Shown here: one piece after another, positions 1 to 11,288 of the stretch
Position numbering within the stretch: position 1 is the first letter of the stretch
How the letters are laid out: each line of letters starts with the position of its first letter
DNA from: a virus
Taxonomy: Duplodnaviria; Caudoviricetes
Length of the DNA stretch: 36,502 nt
IMG/VR virus record: IMGVR_UViG_3300020319_000007
Span: 1-36,502 of that record
Direction: 5' to 3' (one strand)
Position numbers and translations under genes: made by a program
Notes under the pieces: generated by a model
What the model was told of the DNA's origin: nothing
Database searches by the model: none
Seen by the model: only the letters and a program-made list of their open reading frames with translations

Positions 1-3000
1 AATGGTGGTGGAGCTGGTAGTGCTAATAGTGCTGATATTAATACAACCATTACTAATGGTACAGCAACACTATTCAACAACAATACATTTGTCGGTTTAA
101 CAACTGGAACTAGACCAACTCAAGGTCTATTGGTTGGTGGATCTGCAAGAAATATTGAAATTGGTAATGTAACAACTGGATCACAAAACATCAAGATTGG
201 TAATACAAGTGGTGATAGTGAGATTACTATTGGTGATAGTATTGATGGATCTAATACTAACAAATCTAAGTTAACTCTTGGTGGTGCATTCGCAAGCACT
301 GAGTCTGACTCTTTTGTACAGATTGATACTAAGGCATTAAAGACTTCTGGTGATGTAATACTTGGTACTAGAAGAGGATTAACTGATACTACTAAATTTG
401 AGTCTCCATCTGGAACTGTTGAATTCTTATCTGGTAATAGTGCAACAAGTATAGTTGATTTTGCTACTAATGCTTCTACATTAAGAATTGCTGGCCAAGG
501 TGGTACTACTACAATTAGAAACAACTTGGTTGTTGATGCTACATCAAGATTTAATGCTGATATGACATTATGTGGCGGTAATGCTTCTTACTCCTTTGTT
601 GGACGTAGAGCACAGGCTGGTTCCACAATTCAAAGTCATACAAGTGGTATTCTTGGTAATAATCTCTTTGATAATAATGTAGATTTAATTACTGTCTTAG
701 TTTCTACTGCTGCAACAGGAGAACTTAATAAGATTGATACCGCAGGTTCTGGTGATTGGGGTGGAACATCATATCAACAAACTCCTACTGGACAGAGTGC
801 TGCTACATTCCCAGTATTAACAGGAGATAAGTACTACTTACCAATTAAGAGAACTCCTTATGATGCTAACGGTGTTCAGTATTATAACGAGAATGATATT
901 CTACTTATTGATACTGTTGAACAGGGAACAGAGTATGCTGAATTTGTTAAGATCACACGTCTACCACAAATTAATACTACACCATATTATATTGAGGTAC
1001 AAAGACAACCATTTGGAACTTTATCAACAACAAGCACAGAGCATCCTGATACAACAAACATTTATAAATGTAATGTTCAGTTTGATGCTACATGGACTAC
1101 TCAAGTTATTGATGGTTCTGGAACAGAGGATAATGTTTACTTATCACAATTTGGTGGGGTATTAACAGGTTCAGATAGTCGTGCTACAGGACAACCTGGT
1201 GACTATGTAATTATTTCTCGTCCTTCTGGCGGTGCTGATGGTGAGATATTTGAACTTAAGACTACATTATCACAAGTTGCTAAAAAATTCTCCGTCAAAA
1301 ATGGATGTGATACTAATTCAGAAAATACATTATTTGAAGTTGATTCTGTAACTGGTGAAGTAACTATCAATGGTGATACTTCTTATACTGGTGGTTTCAC
1401 ATTAAATGGCACATGCACCACAGCATATCAAAATGCAACTACCAACAAGAAGTTAACTATAACAAATGGTAGTGGTGTTAAAACCTTTGAAGTTGACACC
1501 TGTACAGGTGATACAACGATTGGTAATAAACATGGAACTCATTTTGCTGTCGCTGAATCTTATGGTACAACACCTTCTGGATATACAACATCTGATGTAG
1601 TTCATGTTTATAAACATGATCCACAGTCAACTAACCAGACTCTTGCTACAAGACCATTTACAACAGTAGCAGCTGCTGTTGTAACAGCAACCACTAACAT
1701 TCAAATCCAAGCTAATTATGAATCATTTACAATAGGTGATTATGTAGCAATTTACGATAGTGCTCAGATTGAGATTATTCAAATTACTGCTGCTCCATAT
1801 GTAAGTGGATCTAATCAGTTCTTACCAACATCATCTAACGCCACATATACTAATGGTGGTAGAGGTGTAGAAGGAACAACTGCAATAAATGCTGCTGTTG
1901 GTCTTAATGTTGTTAAATTGAATAAGTTAGGAACTACAACATTATTAGAGGATTTACCTGCTACTCGTGCATTAAGAGCACCTACAACTGGTAAGACATT
2001 TAAGGCAAGAACTCCTAATCAACTTGATACAAGACTTGAATTAGGATTAGTTGATGCTGATCTAATTCAACCAAAACTTGATTATATTCAGTTTATCAGA
2101 ATAGGATCCGAATTCTTTGTTACTGATAGTGTTGATGGAGGTCTTGATGCTTTCTATCAAGTTAAGATGCCTAAGTCTATTAGGAATCCAAACGTCACTT
2201 CTACAACTTCAGTTGATTTATTTGGTGGTGGTCATACAACTGTTAATGATGACTTTACAATTAACAGTGGTGTATTCAGAATGTATGGTTCTGATAGTAA
2301 AACTTTAGTTCTATCTATTGCTAATGATGATGGTCATGCAGGTGATGGATCAATTGAAGATCCTATAACAAATACCAATGGTATGACACTCAAGGGTGCT
2401 GCTAACTTCTTTGGTAATCTTAGAATATTCTATGAGCAGTGTCAGTCAACTGGAGTCTGTAATAGTGTAGAATCTATCAAGATGACAGCTCTTGAAGGTA
2501 GTATTTTCTTAGGAGAGAAATACTATCAGAAGGGTAAGGTTCTTGCTATAGAATCTGCGTCTGAGAAGATGTTCCATGTTGATAACCTTGGATCTGCTGG
2601 AACTGGTGGAACTGAGGGTCCTAAAGACTTTGCAATTTACCATAATAATGCTATTGATTCGTTTGGTATTGAAAAATACTGGACAGCAAATGGTGGTAGA
2701 AGACAAACATATGTTGCATTTGATATTACAACTGGTATAGGTCAACAAGAGACTAACCCATTACAGAACAATAATAACTATTTGATCAATTCTACATCTG
2801 GAAGTAATATGGTTCTATATCTACCAGACAATCCACAAACAGGTGATATGATTAGATTTACTGAACTTGCTGGTAATCTAACATATAATACAAGTTTGAT
2901 TATTAGAGCGAAGAAGATCAATGCAGTTGCTACAGCAATTCAAGGTGATTCAACTGGATCTAAACTTGAAGCAGGTGCTGGACAAACAAGGACAGTAGCA

Positions 3001-3141
3001 TGGGATTCTGGTGAAATGGTTGTTCAAACACGTAACTGTGCATTTGGATTAGTTTATGTTGGTACATATGATGTAGAAGGATCTGCAACACAACAAACAA
3101 TACCAGCTTCATTAAGAGGTTGGTGGTTAATGGAGTTATAA
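1..3141 (+). CDS. Large tail fibre / virion structural protein, C-terminal part (5' end lies outside the window)
   Basis: Frame 1 is open from base 1 (AAT GGT GGT GGA...) to TAA at 3139-3141, so the TTG at 130 is not the real start. Gly/Thr/Ser/Asn-rich beta-repeat composition. The C-terminal 'VLYLPDNPQTGDMIRFTEL...LVY...GWWLMEL' segment resembles T4-like baseplate/fibre end domains. Lies directly upstream of the collar genes. Confidence 0.75.
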   Translation, partial: NGGGAGSANSADINTTITNGTATLFNNNTFVGLTTGTRPTQGLLVGGSARNIEIGNVTTGSQNIKIGNTSGDSEITIGDSIDGSNTNKSKLTLGGAFASTESDSFVQIDTKALKTSGDVILGTRRGLTDTTKFESPSGTVEFLSGNSATSIVDFATNASTLRIAGQGGTTTIRNNLVVDATSRFNADMTLCGGNASYSFVGRRAQAGSTIQSHTSGILGNNLFDNNVDLITVLVSTAATGELNKIDTAGSGDWGGTSYQQTPTGQSAATFPVLTGDKYYLPIKRTPYDANGVQYYNENDILLIDTVEQGTEYAEFVKITRLPQINTTPYYIEVQRQPFGTLSTTSTEHPDTTNIYKCNVQFDATWTTQVIDGSGTEDNVYLSQFGGVLTGSDSRATGQPGDYVIISRPSGGADGEIFELKTTLSQVAKKFSVKNGCDTNSENTLFEVDSVTGEVTINGDTSYTGGFTLNGTCTTAYQNATTNKKLTITNGSGVKTFEVDTCTGDTTIGNKHGTHFAVAESYGTTPSGYTTSDVVHVYKHDPQSTNQTLATRPFTTVAAAVVTATTNIQIQANYESFTIGDYVAIYDSAQIEIIQITAAPYVSGSNQFLPTSSNATYTNGGRGVEGTTAINAAVGLNVVKLNKLGTTTLLEDLPATRALRAPTTGKTFKARTPNQLDTRLELGLVDADLIQPKLDYIQFIRIGSEFFVTDSVDGGLDAFYQVKMPKSIRNPNVTSTTSVDLFGGGHTTVNDDFTINSGVFRMYGSDSKTLVLSIANDDGHAGDGSIEDPITNTNGMTLKGAANFFGNLRIFYEQCQSTGVCNSVESIKMTALEGSIFLGEKYYQKGKVLAIESASEKMFHVDNLGSAGTGGTEGPKDFAIYHNNAIDSFGIEKYWTANGGRRQTYVAFDITTGIGQQETNPLQNNNNYLINSTSGSNMVLYLPDNPQTGDMIRFTELAGNLTYNTSLIIRAKKINAVATAIQGDSTGSKLEAGAGQTRTVAWDSGEMVVQTRNCAFGLVYVGTYDVEGSATQQTIPASLRGWWLMEL

Positions 3142-3144
3142 TAA

Positions 3145-4797
3145 ATGGCAGTAAAATACGATTCAATAAAAACGATGAGAGCTGCCAAGATTGGCACTAT
3201 CATGCCTTGGGGTGGTGATGGAGGAACTGGGTTTCTTGAATCCAACATTCCTAAAGGATGGATTACATGTAAAGGAGATACATTATCTGCTTCTGATTAT
3301 CCTTTATTAGCATCAGTTATAGGTGATACCTATGGTGGTAACATGATTGATGGTCAAGGTAATCATTATGAGTTCCCTTATATTGATACAGTAGCGACAT
3401 TTAGATTACCACAACTATCTAATAGTGTATTGATGGATTTAGAACCTATCAATTTGCAACAAACAAAGTATCAACAAAATCAGTTAGATGCTGCGACTGT
3501 AATAGGAAATAGAGTTGCAGATTATGGTGAGACTAATCCAGTATCAACAACATATCAAGCAACATCAGATATTGATTTTCAATTAAATCTTGCTGGTAAT
3601 TTATATTTTAAATTTTCTGGATTTATATTAAGTGCTCCAGATTTTTTAGAAACAGCATATGTACTTAATCGTAAATTGGGTATTAATCATACACCAGCAC
3701 ATAGTCATCCTGATACTATTCAATCTGTTAACCCAAATGCCACTGGACCTATGGTATTTAAAACAGATGCAGGCGTTTCAATGAGTGGTACTGCAACAAC
3801 AAATATATGTGCTCAAACTAGAGGTCCTAATACATGTGCTAATGCTGCTTCTCAACCAGTATCATGGCAAAATGGTGCAGTTAATACAACATTTTATGGT
3901 GATGAACAACATGAATGGACATTACCAAGAATGGAAAGATTCTACGAATTTACTAATGAAGCTGGTAAAAATTATTGGAATAATGTTCCAGCTGGTGCAT
4001 CTAACTGGAGAGGTGTTGATAGAGGATCTGGTCAAGGAACTCAAACTTATACACAAAATATATTTGGTCAAGGAAATACCTCTACCATTAATACTTCAAC
4101 ACCAGTAGAAACACATCAAATGCCAGCACACGTTGGTATGTTTCCAAGACCAATGGAAAGAAGATCAAGACCAAATTTCTTTGGGTACGATGGAGTTGCA
4201 AGACCTGCTGATGCTATGCCTGACGATCCAGAACATGTAAATGCAAAATTTGAAGTTGATAATGTAACTATTACTGCTACAACAAATCAAATTGAGTTAC
4301 CAGCAGCAACAGATATTAGTAGAACTTATGGTACTGCACCAAATACATGGGTGCAACATGATAAGATTACTCCATTAATGTTTGTTACTGTAAAAGATCC
4401 TACTAAGAAATATACTTATTGGACAAATACTGGTGGATCACAAGTAACTAAGGTTGAATATGATCAACCAACTGACAAATATACAATTACTGTAACTGAT
4501 CAGACAGGAACAGTTTCTGGTACAGAAACCTTAGTATTCAGACATGGTGCATGGCCAATGTCACTCAATCAAGGTAAGGAAAATAAAAATCCCTTAGAGC
4601 AAGCATTTAGAGCACATAATCATGGTAGTTTTGAAATAGCTCAGGGAATTGGTTCAATGACTGGTCCTCCATCACATACTGCTGATAATGCAAATGGATC
4701 TTCATTACAGGCAGATAGTCTTGAAAATGCTCTAAATATTTCATGTGATACATCACAACCTAGTTGTACAATTACGTTCCTAATTAAAGCATACTAA
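3145..4797 (+). CDS. Tail collar domain protein (short-fibre-like) 1
   Basis: N-terminal collar motif IGTIMPWGG...PKGWITCKG...YPLLASVIGDTYGG...FRLPQL; HxH motifs (HTPAHSH, HNH); C-terminal 'TITFLIKAY' typical of collar/fibre proteins. Confidence 0.85.
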   Translation: MAVKYDSIKTMRAAKIGTIMPWGGDGGTGFLESNIPKGWITCKGDTLSASDYPLLASVIGDTYGGNMIDGQGNHYEFPYIDTVATFRLPQLSNSVLMDLEPINLQQTKYQQNQLDAATVIGNRVADYGETNPVSTTYQATSDIDFQLNLAGNLYFKFSGFILSAPDFLETAYVLNRKLGINHTPAHSHPDTIQSVNPNATGPMVFKTDAGVSMSGTATTNICAQTRGPNTCANAASQPVSWQNGAVNTTFYGDEQHEWTLPRMERFYEFTNEAGKNYWNNVPAGASNWRGVDRGSGQGTQTYTQNIFGQGNTSTINTSTPVETHQMPAHVGMFPRPMERRSRPNFFGYDGVARPADAMPDDPEHVNAKFEVDNVTITATTNQIELPAATDISRTYGTAPNTWVQHDKITPLMFVTVKDPTKKYTYWTNTGGSQVTKVEYDQPTDKYTITVTDQTGTVSGTETLVFRHGAWPMSLNQGKENKNPLEQAFRAHNHGSFEIAQGIGSMTGPPSHTADNANGSSLQADSLENALNISCDTSQPSCTITFLIKAY

Positions 4798-6182
4798 TGG
4801 CAGTTTTATACAGTAAAGAAAGATCTAAGTATGGTAATCTAACAGGTCAAATTATAAATTGGCCAGTTGATTACAGTGGATTACCAGACGACGGAGCAAA
4901 TAAAAATAATTTACCTGCTGGTTATTTAAAATGTGATGGCACAAAATATTTTGCTGCTGATTATCCACAACTTGCTGCTATATGTGGAGTAGGAACTAGT
5001 TGCAAGTTCTTACGAAAAAATGCAGATGGCACTGATTTTGATACCTTATTAGACACTCAATTTATGGTTCCTGATATGGGATCTAAGTATGCAGAACCAA
5101 CTTCAGGTGCTAACGCTGGTGTGTATAATAATATAAGACTAGATAATTCTTTAGGTAATGAGTTTAGTAGATCTGGTATTGGTATTGAAGCACAGTCTGC
5201 TATAGGAAGTCCTGTTAATATAGAATACACAGGACAGATTAATGTTCCTAGTCAAGAGATTGAAGTTAAAGGCAAACCATCATGGACATACGCTGGTGCT
5301 ACTCATTATACTGATACAGAGGGTGTTGAAGAAAATGCTATTCATCCACATTCACATTTTCATAATGCTCTTAGAGAAAGAATATTAACAACTAATGAAC
5401 CAAGTAGTAATGAACCACAGGTGCAAGGATTTGCTGGATACAGAAATGCGTCAACAATTCCTATACAGGATTGGTTAGATGCTACAAAAAATGGTAGTAA
5501 TTCGCCTGGAAGTGGTCAAGAACAATGTCGTACTCAGCGTTGGTGTCCTGTTAGTCCTTGTGGAAATGCAGTTAGTACTCAGTTAGCTGGATTACAACAA
5601 ACAATTTATTGGGGTCATTGCATTCAAGGTGGTTGGGAACCAGGTGGTACTCAGTACACATATCAATGTCTTAATAATGTACAATATTCTTTGGATGGTG
5701 GAACATTAAATGGATCACCAGATGGACAAAACACTGCTTACTATGCAAATATGCTTAATGCTCCTTTATTTGGAGTATGTATATCTATCGGTGGTGGTGC
5801 ATCAGCATCACATAATTTTACTGTTCCTGTAACATATGCTAATGGATTACAAGGTGTGCCACTAGATTCTAATAGTGTAAGTTTATATGATGTTATGCCT
5901 ATGCAATCAAACCAAGAGGTTAGTACAAGTAGAGTAGTTCCTGATGTACAGAACAATGAAACTGATACTGCTGATCTAGCTCAACCAAGTGGTGATCCAA
6001 CATTACATAATCATCGTGTTGATTTAGTCAAAGGTGATCATACATATAAAGTAAAAACAAATGCTATTGTTGTTAATCCAGAAAATTTATCAACAACAAT
6101 GACTGTGGGAGCTGATGCTTCAAGATCAATTGATTCTGCAACTGCTCCATTTATTGTGATGGAATTTCTAATTAAGATATAA
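4797..6182 (+). CDS. Tail collar domain protein 2
   Basis: GQIINWP...PAGYLKCDGTKY...YPQLAAICG...FMVPDM collar motif; HPHSHFH and HNH motifs; ends 'MEFLIKI'; TAATG coupling to the upstream gene. Confidence 0.85.
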   Translation: MAVLYSKERSKYGNLTGQIINWPVDYSGLPDDGANKNNLPAGYLKCDGTKYFAADYPQLAAICGVGTSCKFLRKNADGTDFDTLLDTQFMVPDMGSKYAEPTSGANAGVYNNIRLDNSLGNEFSRSGIGIEAQSAIGSPVNIEYTGQINVPSQEIEVKGKPSWTYAGATHYTDTEGVEENAIHPHSHFHNALRERILTTNEPSSNEPQVQGFAGYRNASTIPIQDWLDATKNGSNSPGSGQEQCRTQRWCPVSPCGNAVSTQLAGLQQTIYWGHCIQGGWEPGGTQYTYQCLNNVQYSLDGGTLNGSPDGQNTAYYANMLNAPLFGVCISIGGGASASHNFTVPVTYANGLQGVPLDSNSVSLYDVMPMQSNQEVSTSRVVPDVQNNETDTADLAQPSGDPTLHNHRVDLVKGDHTYKVKTNAIVVNPENLSTTMTVGADASRSIDSATAPFIVMEFLIKI

Positions 6183-6184
6183 TT

Positions 6185-9100
6185 ATGACACAAGGATATA
6201 GAAATGCTAGGAAGGGATATTTAACAGACCTTCTCACAGATACTACACCTATCGGTTCTATTGTAACTAACCTCAAAGCGGGTCAAAATTCATATGATCA
6301 TAGTTTTGTTAAGGCAACTGCTAGTAACTATCCAAATTTAACTGAATCTGCTGGTAATGCTTATGTTGCTGGTGATAGTCCAGCATATACACATGAAGGA
6401 TACTTATATTGTGATGGGACAGAATATAATATAGGTGATTATCCAGGATTATATCAGATTGTTGGTTCAAAATATGGTGGAAGATCTAGTAATGGTATTG
6501 ATGTAGTTAATGGTGGATCAGGATATACAACATCATCTGTTGTTACAATAACTGCTGCACCTACTGGTGGAGTTAATATGGAAGCAACAGTTGGATCTGT
6601 TGATTCAAATGGAAAGATTCTTTATTTAAACGTCACAAATAGTGGTTCAGGATATACTTCAGTCCCTACTGTATCAGTAGCAGGTGGAACTAGTGCTACA
6701 TTTACATTAAGAATGACTGATCTAACTGCTCAAGGTGGAGCAACATTACAACCTATTAATACTAATAATGTACTAGAAAATTGGGGTGATCAATACTTAG
6801 GAACATTTAAAGTTCCTGATTTAATTGCCAAGAAGGTAGTTGGTAATGGTCCTGTATATGGTAACAACTCTCCCAATATAGGAAATGTCAGTATTGCAAC
6901 AGGTACTACAGGTGGTGCATGGTATCTTGATAAAGATCAACAAGATGAATATTTTTCTTTAGGTACAATCGTTACAAGTGGATATGATCAAGTAATTGAG
7001 ACTACTGGTTGTACAATTATTGGTAGTCAGGATGTTACTATATCAATGAGAGAAAGAAAACTTTCTGGTGTCCCTCAACATAGTCACATCATGTATCATT
7101 CTACTCCTGGTGGTGCTGAGTGGGTTGGTGGTGCAAGTGGAGATAGATATTTACAAGATTATAAAGCATCAACAGGAAGAGTTACTAGATGGTATCCAAC
7201 TGGTGATGGTATTGTATTAACACATAAACATGGTCTTTTAAGACAACCTCTTACAGATAATACAGTTGCAACATACGATTCTCTAGACTATGCAGGTGGA
7301 GCTGGTGGTACAGGTGGTACTGCTGATCCTACAGCAGCATTTGCAACTGGTGCTAATGAACCTGGTGATTATTATCTTGCATCTGGATCTGGGTCTGGAT
7401 CTTATGAATTTCAAACTACTATACCTAACCCCATATGTAAACCTATTCTTACTACCACACAACTTGGTGGTAAACTATCTACAACAGGTGGCACACCAAT
7501 ATTTGATAATAGTAATGAATTTGAATATACAGTTCCTGGAACATATACTATTGATTTAACTGCTATTACTGGTACATTTGATAGGCTAACATATCAAATG
7601 TATGGTGGTGGAGGATCAGGTGGTGCTGGTACACAAACAGGTAATAATGGTACAGAAAGTCATTTAAAGGTTGGTGATGGATCAAAAGTATTTTTAAAAG
7701 CAGCTGGTGGAGAAGGAGGAGGTGCTACTAGTGGATTACAAGGTGGATTAGGAAAATCTGGTGGAGCATCAATTAATACTGGTAGTGAAACTGCTCCTGG
7801 TGCAATAACAGGACAAGCAGGTTCTGCTGGTACAGCAGGTAATTCAGGAAATGGATGGCCATATTTAGATTATCCAAGTAATCCTAATGGTGGAGGTTCT
7901 GGTGGTGCTCAAACTGGTTCATATAGTGATGGTAGTGCAGGAATAAACGTATTAGTTGGTGGACAGAGTGGTTCTAGCACTCAAGAATTTACTGGTGATG
8001 GTACTTTTAACTTAACTGGTATTACAGGACTTACTTCAGTTACTTTTGAATTACATGGTGGTAAAGGTAGAGACTCATTTTATGGTGGTTTAGCAGGTGG
8101 TGGTGGAGGTAAGATTAATATCTCCTTAAAACAAAGTGAATTGGCAAATTTTACAACTGCTGGTTGGACATGTCAAATAGGACCAGGTGCTACAGCTAAA
8201 GATGGAGCACAAACATCGTCCTCTGGTGATGGTGGAGCTGGTGGTAATGGTCATCCAGGTGGTTCAGGAACTGCTCATGGTGGTGGAGGTGGTGCTGCTA
8301 CAGCACTATTAAGAAATGGAACTTGTGTTGCTGGTGCTGGTGGTGGCGGTGGCGGTGGTTCTAATGGATATGATGGAGGTCCAGGATCACCAGGACAAGG
8401 AAATCCACTTGGAGGTATTCAAGGAACAGCACAATCACTCGGAATGGGTGGCGGTGGACCTGGTGGTAATTATGGATGCATCGGTGGCGGTGGAGGAGGA
8501 GGTGGCGGTGGCTGCGGTACTCCTGGTCAAATCACTGGTGGTGTTGGAAATGGTGGTGGATCTGGTGGTGTCGGTGGTGGACCTGGTGGTGATGGAGGTC
8601 ATGGAGGTGGTGCTGGTGGTAATCAAGGAATTTCATCTTATTCTACTAATTATTTTTCTACTGGAACTCTTGTTGATTCTTCATTAACAAATGGTAAAGT
8701 TATAATGGTGGCATCATATAATAATGATTATTGGACTCCTGGTGGAGGAGGAGGTGGTGCTGGTGGAATTTGGACTGGATATGTACAATTTACAAATTTA
8801 GGTAATCCCGCATCAGTTGAAGTTAAAGTAGGTAGTGGTGGTGCAGGTGTATCAATGAGTGGTCAAACAACAGGAACTAGTAATAATGGTGGTGATGGAT
8901 ATGCTAAGGTGCAACTTGGTATTATTACTGGATATGATAATCCTCAACAAATTACAACTTCAGATGCTCTTATTAAATCAGCATCATTTAGTAATACAGT
9001 TGATGATGTTACAATCAATACTAATGGTGCTGGAACTGGCACTGCTGGTGGATTTAAACTTCCAACCGCAGATCCAATTGTATTAATATCTGGAGGTGGT

Positions 9101-10039
9101 GGAAATGGTGCAACAGCAACACCAGTTATGACTAATGGTTTAGTTACAGGCATTACTGTGACTTCTTCTGGTTCTGGATATACTGAAACACCATATGTTT
9201 ATGTGTTGCATGGTCAGAGTGGAGGAACAATTGCAACTGCAACTCTAGGAAGTGGAGGTAACTCTGATAAAGTTGATAGTATTACTGTCGCATCAGGATC
9301 ATCAAAAGCATATTCAAATTATGTGTTATTTGGTGGAGCACATACTCAAACTGCTATTGGTGCTAAGACAAGATGGGTAGAATTGATGCCTGTAGATACA
9401 TCAAATGCTACTCATTTTTCTATCAAGGCAGCAAGAGGAAATGGTGTAAATGGTGGTGATGCTTCAGAAGAATCAATGCAAATCTATTATTCAACAGCTG
9501 GATCTCCTACTACTTGGATACTTGTTGACACTATCATTGCAGGAAGAACTACACCAAGAACTGATCCTTTTGCTGGTACTATACCTCAAGTTGATTTGAA
9601 TAGTAATTGGGATGGTGCTGCTGGTGATACTAAATGGTATACTTATACTGTTTCACTACCACAAAATGCAAAAGCAGCAGGTACTAATTTCAAAGTAGAA
9701 CAAGTACGTGCTGATTCATCATCTACAAATGATAATGCTGGTAATACAGATCACTTTGCAATTTGTGAATTTGTATGGTGGAATGGAAAGGCAACTACTT
9801 TAGTATATGTTCCTACTGCTGGTAAAATTCTTAAGAATAATGTTGACGCATTAACATATACTGTTCAAGGTGAAGTGGGACCTTCTATAACATATAGTTC
9901 TGGTCTTGGTTGTAGTGATGCCACATTGACATTGAAAGCAACAACTAAGATTGAACCACAAGCAACTATTGATCCAGATATAGATGTACCATTATTACAT
10001 CCATATAGAACATGTAAATACTTAATTAAAGCATATTAA
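6185..10039 (+). CDS. Tail collar domain / glycine-rich tail fibre protein 3
   Basis: PIGSIV...GYLYCDGTEY...YPGLYQIVGSKYGG...FKVPDL collar motif; GSGYTSxPTV-type repeats; long Gly-rich segments; ends 'CKYLIKAY'. Confidence 0.85.
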   Translation: MTQGYRNARKGYLTDLLTDTTPIGSIVTNLKAGQNSYDHSFVKATASNYPNLTESAGNAYVAGDSPAYTHEGYLYCDGTEYNIGDYPGLYQIVGSKYGGRSSNGIDVVNGGSGYTTSSVVTITAAPTGGVNMEATVGSVDSNGKILYLNVTNSGSGYTSVPTVSVAGGTSATFTLRMTDLTAQGGATLQPINTNNVLENWGDQYLGTFKVPDLIAKKVVGNGPVYGNNSPNIGNVSIATGTTGGAWYLDKDQQDEYFSLGTIVTSGYDQVIETTGCTIIGSQDVTISMRERKLSGVPQHSHIMYHSTPGGAEWVGGASGDRYLQDYKASTGRVTRWYPTGDGIVLTHKHGLLRQPLTDNTVATYDSLDYAGGAGGTGGTADPTAAFATGANEPGDYYLASGSGSGSYEFQTTIPNPICKPILTTTQLGGKLSTTGGTPIFDNSNEFEYTVPGTYTIDLTAITGTFDRLTYQMYGGGGSGGAGTQTGNNGTESHLKVGDGSKVFLKAAGGEGGGATSGLQGGLGKSGGASINTGSETAPGAITGQAGSAGTAGNSGNGWPYLDYPSNPNGGGSGGAQTGSYSDGSAGINVLVGGQSGSSTQEFTGDGTFNLTGITGLTSVTFELHGGKGRDSFYGGLAGGGGGKINISLKQSELANFTTAGWTCQIGPGATAKDGAQTSSSGDGGAGGNGHPGGSGTAHGGGGGAATALLRNGTCVAGAGGGGGGGSNGYDGGPGSPGQGNPLGGIQGTAQSLGMGGGGPGGNYGCIGGGGGGGGGGCGTPGQITGGVGNGGGSGGVGGGPGGDGGHGGGAGGNQGISSYSTNYFSTGTLVDSSLTNGKVIMVASYNNDYWTPGGGGGGAGGIWTGYVQFTNLGNPASVEVKVGSGGAGVSMSGQTTGTSNNGGDGYAKVQLGIITGYDNPQQITTSDALIKSASFSNTVDDVTINTNGAGTGTAGGFKLPTADPIVLISGGGGNGATATPVMTNGLVTGITVTSSGSGYTETPYVYVLHGQSGGTIATATLGSGGNSDKVDSITVASGSSKAYSNYVLFGGAHTQTAIGAKTRWVELMPVDTSNATHFSIKAARGNGVNGGDASEESMQIYYSTAGSPTTWILVDTIIAGRTTPRTDPFAGTIPQVDLNSNWDGAAGDTKWYTYTVSLPQNAKAAGTNFKVEQVRADSSSTNDNAGNTDHFAICEFVWWNGKATTLVYVPTAGKILKNNVDALTYTVQGEVGPSITYSSGLGCSDATLTLKATTKIEPQATIDPDIDVPLLHPYRTCKYLIKAY

Positions 10040-10046
10040 CTAAATA
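10040..10046 (+). promoter_or_regulatory. T4-type late promoter (CTAAATA)
   Basis: CTAAATA immediately after the fibre stop codon and 22 nt before ATG 10069; resembles the T4 gp55 late promoter consensus TATAAATA. Confidence 0.55.
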
Positions 10047-10068
10047 AGACGGAGACTATAATTTTAAA

Positions 10069-10938
10069 ATGTCAGTACCAGTATTACAAGTGCAATTAGA
10101 TGTAATAGCACAAGAATTATCATATATGGGTTCAACAAAACCTGTTCCAGAGAATTATTGGACAGATACACTAGTCCCTTTGTTGTACCCTGATTGGGAC
10201 AGTGATAAAGATAAACTTATAACATTTAGTTACTATAGTGATAGTAATAAGTATATTGCTGCACGTAGAAAATATGTGAGAAATTTTAAAACTAATACAG
10301 ATGAGTGGAAAGACTATGAGATGGAGTCAGTTGATAATGCCAAGGCTACCACTCTTAAAGATAAATTAATTGAAGGTTGGTACTTGATTGATTCTATTGA
10401 GAATACTAATTTTCAAACAGAACTAGCACAAATGTATGCCAAGCAAGCAACTGTTACACCATTGAGTGTGAGACTTGCAAGAAATTTCTTACTAGATGAA
10501 TCTGATTGGGTAATGTGTAGTGATTGCCCATTAAGTGCTGATGATAAGGCATTGTATACTACATATAGAACTAAACTGAGAGATATTACTGGTACTCCTG
10601 AGTTTTCTGGTAATGCAGAAGGAACTAAGTTTCCAATATCACCTGAGTTCTATAATAAAATCTATAAGGTAGAGAACCCATCTAATGCATATCTTGCAAC
10701 GGATGATCAGTTCTTACCACTATCAAACCATTATCTTAAAGAGTTCAAAGATAAGATATCACATTTTATGTTATTGAAATCATTAACACAGACTAACTAT
10801 TTCAGTCAACTTATTGCTGAGTATCAAATAAGTAAATCAGCTACGTATACTGCTACTGATGACATGGCAAATACATATGATAAGACAGAATTCTTGAATT
10901 TAATAATTCAACAAGCACAAAATGAATTAGGATCATGA
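10069..10938 (+). CDS. Putative tail fibre assembly chaperone
   Basis: Contains 'RLARNFLLDESDW...YTTYRTKLRDIT...FP', matching the RxxRxxLLxxSDW...YRxxLRDIT tail-assembly-chaperone motif; follows the fibre genes. Confidence 0.75.
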   Translation: MSVPVLQVQLDVIAQELSYMGSTKPVPENYWTDTLVPLLYPDWDSDKDKLITFSYYSDSNKYIAARRKYVRNFKTNTDEWKDYEMESVDNAKATTLKDKLIEGWYLIDSIENTNFQTELAQMYAKQATVTPLSVRLARNFLLDESDWVMCSDCPLSADDKALYTTYRTKLRDITGTPEFSGNAEGTKFPISPEFYNKIYKVENPSNAYLATDDQFLPLSNHYLKEFKDKISHFMLLKSLTQTNYFSQLIAEYQISKSATYTATDDMANTYDKTEFLNLIIQQAQNELGS

Positions 10939-11288
10939 TTGTACAAGGAAACGAACTATCTTTATTTGATTTAATATCTTATTATGCCAATAGAAACCAA
11001 TGTGCATGTTTGTATTTCAACTTAGACAAATATAATAATCTTGATGCCACGAAGAAAGCAACTGTTACAACATATTACGAAGGTTTCGTGGATGACTATG
11101 TTATGGATATAATAAAACAAGGTGGCATATTCAATACTATCAAATTTGATGACGAAACCGCTGCTGCTATTAATGCAGGATCATGGTTTCCCAAAGAATC
11201 TCTTTGCCCAGATGCAGATCATTATATAAAAGCATACGTGGTTGACCTATTTGGTGACATATCTTGGGAGAATGCACCCAAGTCATAG
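10935..11288 (+). CDS. Hypothetical protein (tail module)
   Basis: 117-aa ORF with ATGA overlap to the chaperone gene; ends just before a terminator. Confidence 0.7.
   Translation: MIVQGNELSLFDLISYYANRNQCACLYFNLDKYNNLDATKKATVTTYYEGFVDDYVMDIIKQGGIFNTIKFDDETAAAINAGSWFPKESLCPDADHYIKAYVVDLFGDISWENAPKS

Noticed and set aside
120-9153. Alternative-frame and minus-strand ORFs inside the tail genes (e.g. 120-524, 860-1165, 8316-8687)
   Set aside because: Shadow ORFs produced by the biased codon usage of Gly/Thr-rich genes; no SD and no recognisable motifs.
6185-10039. Diversity-generating retroelement or collagen repeats in the fibre genes
   Set aside because: No reverse transcriptase or template/variable repeat pair was seen; Gly runs are poly-Gly rather than G-X-Y triplets.
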